64,000 nucleotides of DNA from Vicugna vicugna (lineage: Eukaryota), in assembly GCA_013265495.1 (NCBI GenBank), contig MU059523.1, positions 1,719,761 through 1,783,760 of the forward strand, read 5' to 3'. Shown here piece after piece: positions 1 to 12,680 of the stretch. The notes beneath the pieces are model-generated. The model had not been told where the DNA came from. It ran no database searches and saw only the letters and a list, made by a program, of their open reading frames with translations. The stretch's first letter is position 1. Each line of letters begins with the position of its first letter. The translations under genes were made by a program, and so were the position numbers.

Positions 1-45
1 GAACAACATGCATAACTATGTGGCAGAGCCACCATCAGCAACAAC

Positions 46-280
46 ACAGATGTCCCCAAGTGACAGTCCATGGACCCCAGCCCACTCACAGATGTGTTTT
101 AGTGTCCTAATCATGTTTGAAAGAATTTGAATTGCTTGCCAACAGTAAAAATTAGAAAATTTCACATAAAATCGAGATTTCAAGCTTTTCTTGAAAAATT
201 AGAAGTTCTGGGAACACTGGGTCTGCATTCCTGCACAGCAAATGGGTTGGAGTTAGATATGCTGCCTACTTCAGGTATTT
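46..280. mobile_element. hAT-Charlie non-autonomous DNA transposon fragment, MER102-like
   Basis: The stretch 'gaatttgaattgcttgccaacagtaaaaattagaaaatttcacataaaatcgagatttcaagcttttcttgaaaaattagaagttctgggaacactggg' resembles the recalled MER102 consensus. Boundaries approximate. Confidence 0.6.
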
Positions 281-2029
281 ACTTATTTTGTCTTTTTTTA
301 AATTTGAATAACACTGTATCTTGGGTTGCATTCCACATTAGCACATAAAGAGCTACCATCTTCGTATTTTACATTTTTATTCATATTTAAGTTTTGGAAT
401 AGATAATACTTGTATCAGATAAAAAATTCCAAAGATATCAGAAACTTTAAACATTCTGTCCCCTCGCCATGCGGAGCTGCTCCCCAGAGAGAACCACTGT
501 TACACGTTCTGGTCTGTCCCTCCAGAGACAGCACATGCACACACAAACAAATGCATATGTTGTCTCTTTAAGACACCATCAATTGCAAGATACACCATTA
601 CCTTGTGTTCACTAAGTAAGACAAAAAAATCCTGCTAACATCATGACACCATGATGGTCCTGCTCAATCCATAAATTGGTTGTCACTCCTTATTGCTTTG
701 AAATTTGTTTCATGTGGTCCAAAGCACTGGAAATTTTCCGCTGCCCTTCTGTTGTGTTGTTTGAAGTATGCCAGGCAATCCTTTTAATGTAGCTGGGTTA
801 AAAAAAAAAAGTAACATGACTTTGTTTATGTACCAATATAGATAACTGATTGCAGCTAATCCCTCAATTTGTTTTAGAGTTAAAAAAATCAGGTGGGAAT
901 CTAACTTTACTTTTCTCCAGCTTCTGTGAGTTCATTACAGGTCCCACCACTTCCTATTGTCTTACCTTGGATAGATTTACTCATATGGCTTGTTTGACCC
1001 CTGTAAACGTTTGAGTTCTCAACACCTGGACTGTTGGACAAACATCTGGACAGGGCAGTGAGCAGCCTCAATGGCAGTCCATTTGCTGTGAGGGGTGGGG
1101 CGGTTTCAGCAGAGGTAGCAAAGCCCGTGAGGAAGATCCATGTGGCTGCGCATACAGGTTCAACTGGGAAGAGCCCTTGAGGAGTCCACCCCGTAGCTAG
1201 AGCTGCTTGGAGTTGCCTGACCTCGGGGCTTCTGATCCTTGGCTTGATTTGCCTCCTGCCTCCTTGCAGGTGATGTGTTTAGGTCACCGGTAGGGGATGT
1301 AAGGAAAGCAGGTAAGATTTATATCAATACCTGACAGCATAATGAAAAGCAAAGTTGAAACCAAAGTCTGGGCACAGGTTTCTCTGTTTACAGAAAACAT
1401 GCAAGAGCTTTGGCATAAACTGACATGTTGTTTTAAGACAGGTGTGTCTATGACCTCAAACTATATTTTGAAGTTAGAAGATGTTTCTCAGACAAATTTT
1501 AAGGCATCAATTCTAGTCCTTACTCTGCTAGGACTGGGCATCTTTGAATAAACCACTCTCCGGACCTCAGTTTATTAGTCTAGTCTACAAAGTGATGGGT
1601 TTAGGCCATAATCTGGACCTAGGTTCTTGACTTCTTGCACAATGCGTGCATTTGAAATACACTTAATTTTGCATAAAACTGCAGAGCATTCACAGACTCC
1701 ATGATATCCATTCATTGATTTGCTTTTTGTTTTGTTTGATTATTTTTTTGAAATACAGATGTACTGTATTATGTTAGTTTCAGGTGTACTGCCATCCAAT
1801 GATTTCTGTACGTCACTGTCCGATGCTTGTCTTTCCACATATTCTGTTTCCCTGGTTTTTCTCCTGAAGACACGAAGACAGTATTTGATAGTGCTCAGCA
1901 GCTGTATATTAAAGATGTTTTCCAACTCTTATTCCTTGAAAGAATATTGAGAAAACAGCGCTAGGATCTGGGACAGAGACAGAGACCTTTCACTCCCAGA
2001 GTAAATATGCCAGATAATCACCATCCCAA

Positions 2030-2410
2030 CACCTTTGCAGCTACGGCCGGGGCCTCAGCTTTGTTTCTGCCCTGAATTTAGAATTAGACCCAGGTGATCA
2101 CTCACAACCCATTCTGGGGAGGGTGGCCACAGTGACAGCAGCTCCACCACGTCCGGAGGCAGCAGCAGTGACTGCTTCTGAGGCAGTGCCCGGGTCTACG
2201 TTGGAGATGCTGGCTGTGTGGTCAGCAGCATCTGGACCTAGTGCCAGTGACAGTGGTGTCTTCGTGGGACAGGCTCACTGTGGCATTTTGAGCTGATTCC
2301 TGGGCCTGACCCAAGATTCTGTGAACTACCAGTATCCTTTAATAAGTTCCTTTCTCCTTAAATTAGCCAGAGTTGATTTCTTTCTCTTGCAACTAAAATG
2401 CCATGACACC
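2030..2410 (+). mobile_element. ERVL-class solo LTR fragment (LTR33-like)
   Basis: Ends in a typical ERVL/MaLR U5 motif ('ttaataagttcctttctccttaaattagccagagttgatttc...ttgcaactaa') preceded by a gcagcagtg-rich body. Subfamily uncertain. Confidence 0.5.
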
Positions 2411-3936
2411 AACTTTAACCGTCTTGAAAGAGAACAGTGACTTAGAAATTCTTTTCCAACAAGAGACTTCTTGGAGAGTCAGCTGTCTTGGGGGAGAGGG
2501 TAACAGAATGATGAAATTGCATAACCTAATGCAACTGTAATACCGTATTTCCCTTTGTAAACATGCAATAGTAACAGCAACAAGAGTGAATATAGATCAC
2601 TACAAACCTCTTGGGTTATTCCTACACTGTTCCATCAATTACTTTCAAATAATGCATTTATTTAAACTTCATTAGTCATATGGAATTTGTCAATAAAACA
2701 TACATGCATTTTTGAGTGCCTACTATGTGTCAGAAACTCTGCCTGATGCTGGGGCAGATTCGTAGAAGAAAAAGATAGGTTTTCCCTTTGAAATAAGGGA
2801 AATAATCTCAAGATAATGTTATCAATGCTACAGGAAGCCTATTTGGGAAGAAAAGGTTTAATATCATCTGGATTGAGCTCTTTCCAATAGACTGAGGTGT
2901 GATCATGTTGTCTTTGAAAGTGTGTGAGGTTTCCAAGGCAATAAATAGTGGAAAATTTAGACCTACCTTTGTGATTCTGAAAAGTCACTGTGACATCTAC
3001 ACCAAGCTTTCTTAGTATTCTCTAAATTTTCTATTCCAAAGGGGCTAAAGGGTTTTGTTTAGGTTCTAGCAAATCTAAATTCAGTTGGATTTGATTATTG
3101 TCCCCCTAATTTGGCATGACTCCCACCAAGTTAAAATTTTTCATCCTGCTTTTTGCTTTGTGTATCATTGCCTGCAAAATGATCCCAGAGTGAGAACTTG
3201 GCTGGAGAACAGGTGTTCCTTCAGGTCTGATGAGAACAGTGGGACAGAATCGATAGACGCTACTGATGGGACAGAAGCGCTCCTATAACAGGAGCCTGAC
3301 TTCAGATTTGCCGTTTGCCAGGTTTAGGAATTGAGGGAGAATGTGTGTGGCGGGGTTGGGGGAGGGTGGGGACGGTTCACCAAGTGGTTCTGTCGCCAGG
3401 GCCGCATTAACTAGGAGGCAGGCATTCGCAGTGACAAGGTGCGATGTTTATGGTCTTGTTTCTGCTTCTCCTGGTGGATCAAGTAGAACACTTCTCTGGC
3501 ATCCATCCTCACCTACGTTTCCCACACCAAATACTGCTTCAGTTTTAAAAAACCATTTTACATTCACATGGAAAAAATACCCACAAGAAAATAAAGGAAA
3601 CTCTTGTGAACAAAACTTGAAATAAAGGATTCTGCTGCTGAGAGTTAAAAAAAAGAAAATACAACTGTTTGGGAAGTTCAATTTAAAAACAGTGTTTGGA
3701 ACAGAGAGTACATTTTTTTCACAGTGCCCTCCTTATAAATGGTGATTGGGTTCCCAGATGAGCCCAGAAAGGACTACTTAGCTCACAATGTCCCTGTAAA
3801 ATTAATCATGTTGTCTTAGCCTTGGATAATATTTTCAGATCACTTGCTTTTTTTCCTTTTTTTTCTTTTTTAACTATATACCTTTGTTTCCTACCATGCA
3901 AGCTCACTGAAGGGAACTTTAAAGGAAAGAATAGAA

Positions 3937-4020
3937 ACTATGCTCTATACCAGAAACTGACACATTGTAACTGACTATACTTCAATAAAAAAAACAAATA
4001 AATAAAATATATAAAAGTAT
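3937..4020 (+). mobile_element. Very short 5'-truncated L1 3' end (artiodactyl/camelid type) with A-rich tail
   Basis: 'gctctataccagaaactgacacattgtaactgactatacttcaataaaaaaa' is the terminal L1 3'UTR motif also seen at 44.8, 46.7, 49.5 and 61.2 kb. Confidence 0.7.
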
Positions 4021-4089
4021 AAAGAATAAAGAAAAAATACAAAAACCCCCGAAATCTACTATCCAAAGCTAACCATTGGAATACATTTT

Positions 4090-7000
4090 ATTCCAGTCAT
4101 TTAAAAATTTTTAATAAATTTTTTAGATATAATTGACAAACAATAAGCTGAAACACTTAAAATGTATAAATTGGTAAATTTAACACATGTGTATACCTGT
4201 GAAACCATCACCAAACTCAGTATGAAAAACATATCCATCAGCTATGCCCCCGAAAAAAAGACCTCATACACCTTTGTAATCCTTTTTTCTGCCCCCGACT
4301 CTGCAGCAAACACCAATCTGCTTTCTGCCACTATAGATTAGATAGTATTTTCTATAATTTTATGTAAATGGGTTCAGATAGTATGTATTCCTTTTTGTCT
4401 GGCTTTTTCAATCAGTGGAATTATTTTAAGATTCATACACATTAGCCTGTGCTAAGAGTAGCCTGTATTAACTGTTTTCATTGCTGAGTAGTATTCTGTT
4501 CGGTGCTTATACAACAGTTTGTTTCCCTAGTCATCTATTGATGAATTTTGGGGTTTGTGACGTCTTTTTCCAACACCAATAACCAGTTCCCAGTTCTCTG
4601 GTATCAGCCTTGTGCCCAGTAGTTCAATTCAGCTCTGACACTCAGCTGTTGCACAGACCCCAGAAGTTGCACAGACCCCACAGGTTACGGGCTCAATCCC
4701 ACAAGACTGTCCCCATTTCAGGCACCAGCTCCAAGCTGGGTCTCAAGGCAGCCACACTTCTGCCTGGCTGACTACGAATTCAGAGCTTACCACAACCCCT
4801 TCTTCAGTCTCCATAATTTACTAGAATGATTCACAGAACACAGGAAAGCAGTTTACTTATGATAACGAGTTTATTATCAGAGATACAACTCAGAAGGTCA
4901 GAGAGATGCATAGGGCATGAAATGGCAGGGAGAGGGGGTGGAGCTCCCACCCCGTCCCCAGGAAAGCCACCCTCCCAGCACATCCATGTGTTCACCAACC
5001 AGGGAGCTCTCCAAGCCCCATTGTTTAGGGGGTTTTATGGAGGTTTTGTTATGTATTATGATTAAATCATTGGCCATTGACAATTGAACTGAATCCCTAG
5101 TCCTTCCCTGCCCAGGAGGGAGGTCCAGATGTGGGGCTGAAAGTTCTAACACCCTAATCATGTGTTTGGACTTTCCGATGACCAGCTCTCATCCAGAAGC
5201 CAGCTAGGGGCTCCGTCACGGGATATGTCATTAGCATAAACTCAAGCATAGTCTAAAGATATTTGTGGTATCAATAAAAATAAATAAATAATTAATTAAT
5301 TAAAAGATACTTGTGATAAATTTTAAAAGACACTCCCATCACTAAGAAAATTCCAAGGATTTTAGGAGCCTTTGCCAGGAACCAGGGACAAAGGCCAAGT
5401 ACATTTTTTTTTTTAAATTGTACCACGGGGTTGTTTCCTATTTGGGGCTGTTATAAATAAAATCATTAAAATTCTTTACAAATCTTTGTGCAGACATATG
5501 CTTTTATTTCTCTTGGGAATATATCTAGGAGTGGAATGGCTGCATCATATAGTGCCTGTATGTTTAACTTAAAAAATTCCAGATTTGTTTTCCAAAGTGG
5601 TTGTAGCATTTTACCTTTCCACCAGCAGGTTTGAGAGTTTCAGTTGCTCTAAATTCTCACCAAATCTTGCCACAATTGGTGTTTTAAATTTTAGATAGCT
5701 GAATAGATATGCAGTGCTATCTCAATGTGGTTTTAGTTTGCATTCATGATAAAGAGCATCTTTTTAGGTGCTTATTTGGCTTTTGTGTCTTTGGTGAAAT
5801 GTCTGTTGAAAGGTTTTGCCCATTTTTTAACTGGGTTGTTTATTTCCTTATGATTGAGTTTTAAGGGTTTTTTATATATGCCGGATGCAAGTCCATTATC
5901 AGATACGTGATCTGAAAATATTTTCTCCCAGGCTGTGGCTCATCTTTTCATTCTTTTATTTCAAAGACCAGAAGTTCTTAGTTTTGAAAAAGTTCAATTT
6001 ATTAATATGAATCATGCAGTCTATCGTATCTGTGAAGTCTGCTTAACACAAAGTCCAAAGATTTTCTCCAGTGTTTTCTTCTAGAAGTGTTCTAGTTTTC
6101 ATTTCACATGTAGGCACATGATCTATTTTGTGTTAATTTTTGCATAAGATGTAAACTGCAGATCTAAGGTGAGGTTTTTGTTGCTGTTGTTTGTTTGTTT
6201 GTTTGTTTGTTTGTCTATGAGTGTCTAAGTATCTCAGCACCATTTGTTGAAGAGGCTTTCCTTTTGCCCCTAAACTGCCTTTGCCATTCTGTTCAAAATC
6301 AGTTCACTATTTCTGTAGTTTGTTCCTTTGAAATGTGTGTCTATCTTTACCACGTTGTCTTGGTAACTGTAGCTTTATAAGTCATGATATCAGTAACGAT
6401 AGATCTCCACATTTGTTCCTCTTCCTGAAAGTTGTTTTGGCTGTTCTGGGTTCCTTGCATTTCTGTATGAATTTTAGCATATGTTTGTCGGTTTCTATAA
6501 AGATGTCAGCTTGGTTTTCGATAGGCATTGTGTTGAATCTGTAGGTGAATTCGGGGAATACTGTCGTTTTAACAATATTGTCTTCCAATCTATAGCACAG
6601 GATATATTTTCACTTATTTAGATCTTCATTAATTCTTTCAAAAACGTTTTGTAGTTTTCAGGGTACAAATCCTGCATTTTTGTTGTTAAAATTATTCCTA
6701 AGTATTTCTATGCTATTGTATTGAAAAATATATACAAATACAATTGATATTGAATCTTGATCTTATATCTTGAAACTTCACTGAAATTGTTCATTAGTTC
6801 TAAAAAAAATTTTTATGGATTCCTGAAAATTTTCTATATATGAGATCATGTCATCTGAGAATAAGGGTTATTTTACTTCTTCCTTCCAATCTGAATACCT
6901 TTTACTTCATTTTCTTGCCTGACTGCCCTGGCTAGATCCTCCACTACAATGTTGAACAAAAGTGCCAAGAGCAGATATCCTTGTCTTATTTCTGACTTCA

Positions 7001-7170
7001 GGGAAAAGTACTCAGTCTTTCACCATTAAGTGTGATATTATTTGTGGGTTTTTCATAGAGGTCCTTTGTCAGGTTAAAGAAGTTCCCTTCTTTCCTGTTT
7101 TGTTGAAGTTTTTTTAATCATGGAAAGATATTAGAAGATTGATTAACTTTTGAAGATTAAACCAGCAAAA
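4090..7170 (-). mobile_element. Old L1 (L1M-type) 3'UTR plus ORF2 3' part, interrupted by a MER21 LTR
   Basis: Typical antisense L1 text. Minus ORF 6382-6588 (YRFNTMPIENQADIFIETDKHMLKFIQKCKEPRTAKTTFRKRNK) matches L1 ORF2p C-terminal sequence (YRFNAIPIKIP...IDKLILKFIWKCKGPRIAK). Confidence 0.9.
4556..5427 (-). mobile_element. MER21-family ERVL solo LTR inserted in L1, with 5-bp TSD GGGTT
   Basis: Reverse complement matches the recalled MER21 consensus along its length. GGGTT flanks both sides (4551-4555 and 5428-5432), and removing the element restores the L1 motif 'ttggggttgtttcc'. Confidence 0.85.
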
Positions 7171-7869
7171 TATTTTGTAGATGTGGACGGGCTGATTTTA
7201 AAACTTACATAGAAGGGCAAAGTAAATGAGACTAGAAGAAGAGACAATGAATGAGAGACACTAGTCTATGAGCTTTCCAGAATCTCCCCAATCTTCCTAA
7301 CTCTGTGAAACAAGCAGTATTGTCTTCATTTCATAGATGTGGATATGGGGCCATAAGAAGTAACGTAATTTGACACTGAAAGTAAGTGGTAAAAATACTT
7401 AAGAGAGTCTGACACATAAGAAGTCCCTAATACGTGTTCATTCACACAGGAACATAACACCCCTCTCCCCAGAAGTAGAGATGGAGTCTCCTTAGCTTCT
7501 CAAGAAGTGAGGACAACTTTTTTTGTCAGAGAGAAATGCTATTTTGAAGGATAGTATTAATACCATGATACTAATAGCTATCAAACTCTTAATTATCTAA
7601 TTCTTTCTTTTATTTTACCTAAAATTCAGAGGAGGTCTAATGGCAATCTCCCTCAATACGCAGTAAGTTTTCTTACAGCAAACCATCTACCAGCTTCTAC
7701 CACGTGGCTACCTAAAGCCTCTTGCACTGACTTTTCTAAAGCATTGTCTTTTTCACGTGGCAGCCCCTCACTGGTGTCTTGTACCTCCAGGGGAAATGCT
7801 ATAGAATTGAAATAAGAGCTTTATTATTGTAGTGAAATCCGGCCGATACATGTCCTCTTTGCAATCCCT

Positions 7870-8360
7870 TGAGTTGTCCCCTACTTATGATAAAAGAGAG
7901 AGAGCTATTGTCTTTCAGAGTCAAAGGCTCTCTTCTGTGCTCTGCCCTGCATGTTCTTTGTCCTCTGGCTCAGTGGTGGACTGTGGCTCCGGCATCGGGA
8001 GAACCAGAGGAAGACTACGAGGCTGGAGGAGGCAGGAGGAAATTGTTCCTTCCTGGTTGCTTCTTGCTCGGCTTCTACAGGCTTTATGGTCCTGTCAGCA
8101 GCATCCGAGCAACACTTCCTTGCTCCAGCAGCACCAGCAGAGCAGTCCTCTCCTCGAAGTTTCTATGTTCCGGTAGCCCCAAGCTCCTCCTATGCTCCAC
8201 AACCCTAAGGATGGTAGCTGCTTCCTGCAATTGCTGCTCTGAGCCACCTCAGTGTTGTCTATTTGCCTTTTCAATTCTTCAAGCCTAGTTAACAATTATT
8301 TATTAAATCATCTCCCTTTAACAAATTGGTGTAGTCTCCTAACTGGACTTCGAGTGATAC
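7870..8360 (+). mobile_element. Probable ERVL-class solo LTR (LTR33/LTR41-like)
   Basis: cagcag-rich body ending '...attaaatcatctccctttaacaaattggtgtagtctcctaactggacttcgagtgataca', an LTR-type U5 terminus. This would explain the overlapping ORFs at 7832-8288. Confidence 0.45.
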
Positions 8361-8919
8361 AGAGGGGACAGGAGGAAATAGCACCAGGAGGTTATTTATT
8401 AAAGATGCTTCAGCAGCAAATTTCCATGTCCTCTAGATGGGGCCACTGAGTGGGATGGAGAGCTCAGGCCCCTAAGTTACAGAGGAGACTTACGAGAATC
8501 TGAGCTTGAGGCCCAGGGGAAACTGGGAAGACTCCCCACCTCTGGCTCTTGGCTAGCCTTTAAACCTCCAATGTCCAGTTTAATTCATCCTGGTTCAGTC
8601 CTGCCAGCAATGAAGGGTGCATGAGAATGGTGACCCCTGGGTCACATTTCCCAGACACCTTACAGTCACTGGCCCCAGGACCTTCAGCTGCAGAGAGAGT
8701 AGGCAGCCACCAATCCTCACTCCAAAAGAACTGGCATGAGCTTCCTTGCCTTGAAGAAGAAACCCTCAGGAGGAGGTACAAGGAGTGGCCTACACTCAAG
8801 GGAGAACAAGGCAATTAATTTGAACCTGGGTCAGGACAGAGCAGATGTGCCCCCTCTCAAGAGAACCAGGGTCCAGAACTTCCAGTTCATTCAACCTCTG
8901 GAAGTTGATGGGGTCAGTT

Positions 8920-9170
8920 AGAGCACGGATCCTGGTGCCAGACTGTCCAGACTCAGCTCCACCACTGCCTCTTACTAATTGTGGGATTTTTGGCAATTTT
9001 CTCAACCTTTCAATGCCTCAGTTTCTTCATCTGTATAATGGGGATAAAAGAGTACTTAACTTATGGAGTTTTATAAGGGCTTAATGAGTTTCTTTATCTA
9101 AAGTGTTTAAGAATAGTGCCTAGCACATGAAAAGCAATATGAAATTAGCAGCTATTATTATGATCTGTGT
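8920..9170 (+). mobile_element. MIR SINE
   Basis: MIR core 'cttactaattgtgggatttttggcaattttctcaacctttcaatgcctcagtttcttcatctgtataatggggataa' followed by the MIR 3' part. Further MIR fragments lie at about 1.55, 7.3, 13.75, 16.95, 20.9, 26.0, 33.4, 33.7, 47.5, 49.45-50.05, 50.9, 53.75, 55.05 and 61.55 kb. Confidence 0.85.
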
Positions 9171-9218
9171 ATCATAAGCTAAGCAGGAGAGAGATGATAT
9201 GTATGGAGAAATTGTTTT

Positions 9219-9830
9219 GTGTCAGAAAAGCTATGGCTTTTAAAATATTTTAAGTTGAAAGAAATAGAAAATGCTAAGACAAATGGCTTAAAATGGAAAT
9301 TTATTATCTCAAAAACAAGAAGTCCAGAATAAGACAGGGTCAATGGCTCAAGGATGCCATCAAGGACTCAACTCATTTTCATATGTCTTTTCTGCTGTTC
9401 TCAGCAGAATGGCTCTTTCCTGGGGCTTGTCCTCTCGTGTTTTCAAGATGGCTGTAACAGCTCTCGTATCACAGCCTCCAGACAACATTAAGAAGGGCAT
9501 TCAGAAGGTCTTTTATTTCTCCAGCGTATTTTTCAGTGATAGAGGATGACCTTCCCCAGATGCCTCCCCCCTCCCAGCTTATTTCTCCTTCATTCTCATT
9601 GGGTAGATTTGCTTCACTTGCCAGTGCCTAAACCAATCACTGACAAGGAGAATGGAACTCTGAAGATCAATTAGACCGATCATGACTCACAGCTGGGGAA
9701 TGGAGGTACAGCCCACCTCCTCTGAAGCACCTGGCTGCACAGGAGGCACATATCCAAAGTCAGGGTTCCATCAGAAAGAAGAGAGGGACAAATGGCTGAT
9801 GGGTTGGCAGCCAAGGGCGGTAGCTACAAT
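9219..9830 (-). mobile_element. MaLR LTR (MLT1K-like)
   Basis: Antisense MLT1 motifs 'aatggcttaaa...tttattatctca...aagaagtcc', 'caagatggctg' and 'ctaaaccaatcactgacaagg'. Confidence 0.75.
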
Positions 9831-11439
9831 GACCTTCCCAGCACCTTGCAAATTACACAGCCCTTACTTAGCCTGTGCATAAAGCTGACCCTGTGTCAAC
9901 CTGGCCGCACCGGACATTAGCAGAACTTGCAGGGGAGGAAGATACACTTCTCCCACCTCATCAGGGATGTTGAAGCAAAAACAGATTGTATTCTCCTAGA
10001 TCCTAAACACACACACACAATTTGGGGAGTGTTCGTCACTTAGGAGGAGTGTGAGGAATGGAAAACAGTGAGGAGAGGAAGGGGGAGGCTAGTGCTGAAT
10101 AAACTGGCGAGTCAACAAAGGATGGGGGAGAGAACACTAACTAGCAAGAAAGAGAAAGGATAGGAGCTGGAGAGCCCCCAAGCACAGAAGCTGGGGAAAT
10201 GAAGGACAAATTCAGGAAAGAATGTTATTTAAACTGTGTGCACATCTGAGGAGCAGAAAAACCAAAGGAGCCGCACAAAAGGCTGAACAAGGGAGGGGAT
10301 CCTAGGAGCAGGGGTTGAGAGGAGGGCCCTTTCGAAAGCAAGTGCAAAATGGTGTTATAGCTTCAACAGCAATGACCCAGCACCAATTCTGTTTTTAACT
10401 AACGTCAAATCTCTGCTGTCCTGAAATTACATGACTATAAAACTACTATTTCTTTGAAGCAGGAAGAAAGCAATGAAAGGGATCCAATCCAGCAGATGCG
10501 GGGACAGAGTGGCAGCCCTTAGCCAGAGTCGCACATGGACACTCACGTGAACAGCTCCTGATGGGGAGGAGGGTGAGAACTCTGTTGACTTTTACATGCC
10601 CAGACCTTCAGGAGTCCTTTGGGCAGTGTTTCTGGAGCCCAGACCTCACTTTTTGTATCCCACAGCGCTAAGGCTCAGGGAAGGAGGTTTTAAAATATCT
10701 GGAACCTCTTTGACCCCCAAGTTAGTGGCTGCATTCTCTGATGAACACTTACAATAAATGAATCCAGAGATGGCAAACTCAACCTATCTGGATACTGATA
10801 CTGTGAGAATAAAGTGAATTCCCTGGAATTATTCTTGGAGAAAATATGGTACTTATTTAGAACACTTTAGTAAGTCACTTAAGGTGGACGGTGTGTCCCT
10901 GAACCATCCTCAAGCCACGGACGATGCTCTACAAGCTGTTATGCAAGGGATGAGGGAGCAATTTTTGTTGCTTCTAACAGAAAGAGGATAGAGTCTTTGG
11001 TATCCTCTGCATGCCAATTAAAAGTAGTATATAAGTAAAACGTCTCTTCATTTTCCCAATAAATTTTGGTTTTTTCTTATCCCTCTAGACATCTTCCATA
11101 GTGAAGTCCCCAGTGGATGTTTTGGATCCCCGGCTGTCGCTAGCACACAGACTCATGCACGAGGACTCTGTGGTCATTCTGCATAATGTGTAGAAGAAGA
11201 TGGTGCAATGCTACACTCTGCCAGTGTAGCCTGAATGTTCAGTATAAGTCTACCAAGACTAATCCAATATTTAGCATGAATGGATATTTTTCTGGAAACT
11301 GGAACAGAGGCTGAATCTTGCTCCTGAGAAGGAGTTGGGGTGTAAGCCTATGAGAGTCAGAGGGATACCTCTACTGATGTCTGGGATCACTTGGGCAAAA
11401 CACTTCCTCAGCATCGAAAGTAAGTGCAGTCTGGGCAAA

Positions 11440-11900
11440 TACCAGTAAATTAATCAATCAACTAATCATTAAACCAACAATGGAATTCATTAAGTTTTTG
11501 TTTTTTGCTGGACACATAGGACAGCAGATATGACAGATTCAAACTATGGGAAAGGCCTGGCCTTCAAGAAATTGACGATCTAACATGCACACCAAACTTG
11601 AGCCCAGAAGATGTGCAATCATGACCATGATTACAATAGAGATCAGAGAACAGGGAGCCCAGTAGAGTCAGAAGCAGTGAGAGTTTTAGGAAGGAGGAGG
11701 GATTGAAAGCAGAGATGCATGATCTAGCCAGAGGGGAAGATGGGAAGGGCAGCATTCCAGGCAAGGGACCAACCGAGACAATGACAAGGAGGCAGGGGTG
11801 AGCGTGGCAGACACGAAGGGCACTTGGTCCTGCTGGCATGAAACTGGGCACTTCTTAACGTGACGTCGAAGGAGGAAAAAGGGACCTTCAGGGCCAGTGC
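11440..11900 (-). mobile_element. L2 LINE 3' fragment
   Basis: Antisense L2 3' end text ('cattaagtttttg...gacacataggacagcagat...caagaaattgacgatctaa'). Other L2 fragments lie at about 2.7-2.9, 15.95-16.25, 22.2-22.7, 23.35-23.65, 31.0-31.44, 35.96-36.05 and 43.4-43.65 kb. Confidence 0.7.
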
Positions 11901-12498
11901 AGTCTCCATAACTCAGAGAGGGGGGAATCGCCACATGAGCCAACATGGTCACAAACTAGACAGGGTGACTTTTCAGAGTGATTTATAACTTGGTGTGACC
12001 TAGACAGTAGTCGCTCCAGGCCCCAAAGGGCCACTACAGAGAGCAGAGATATGTCTCTTCATAAAAATGTGATTTTTCACCTTAATGCAAAATAAGAAGT
12101 GGACCAAAAGGAGAATTTCTCGTAGAGACCCCTGGCTTCCCACCTGGGTTCCTGGGGCTGAGGGTGGGGGGATGTGGAGGGAGTAGGTGGGGCGCCATCC
12201 CTGCATCCACGCCTGCGGCTATTCAGCCTCTGCCTGGGTCGGGGATGAGGAAATTACCAATTCCAGTCTCGCAGGAGGAATTAAGCTCGGAACAATACAG
12301 TATTTTACAATCCAGTACAAGCTGCATTTATCCAGAGCTTTTCATGCGTGGCATCTTAAAGCTCTTTATGACCCCTTTTTAAAAGGGGAAAGAGGAAAAA
12401 AATAAAGAATTTAAAAGAGAAAACCTTCTAAAAACCCAAACCCCCACTGAACTAAATGAGCCATTGAGAGTGAATAGGACTTAACAGTGGCCTTCAGA

Positions 12499-12680
12499 AT
12501 GGGAACAGAAGTCCCGCTCGGACGGAACAAGAACAACAGAATCAAAGGAAATCACAGCTCAGAGAGGACTGCATGGGGCCTGAAATGGACCCTCGGCCCC
12601 TGGGCGCTGACGGGTTATGCCGTCTGCCACTGGCACAGTGAGCTTTGGACGGGGGTCAGGAGACGGGTGATGGCTCCCAT
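12499..12680 (+). other. Candidate first coding exon of an unannotated spliced plus-strand transcript (unverified)
   Basis: ATG at 12499 in strong Kozak context (agaATGG), open frame to the donor CAT|GTAAGT at 12681, and locally elevated CpG. No homology recognised. Confidence 0.2.

Noticed and set aside
7832-8288. Three overlapping ORFs (114, 139 and 85 aa)
   Set aside because: They lie in a probable ERVL LTR with a cagcag-rich, stop-poor composition.
11089-11190. Plus-strand acceptor followed by TSSIVKSPVDVLDPRLSLAHRLMHEDSVVILHNV* as a last exon
   Set aside because: The peptide is not recognised and I found no convincing phase-matched upstream exon, so support is insufficient.
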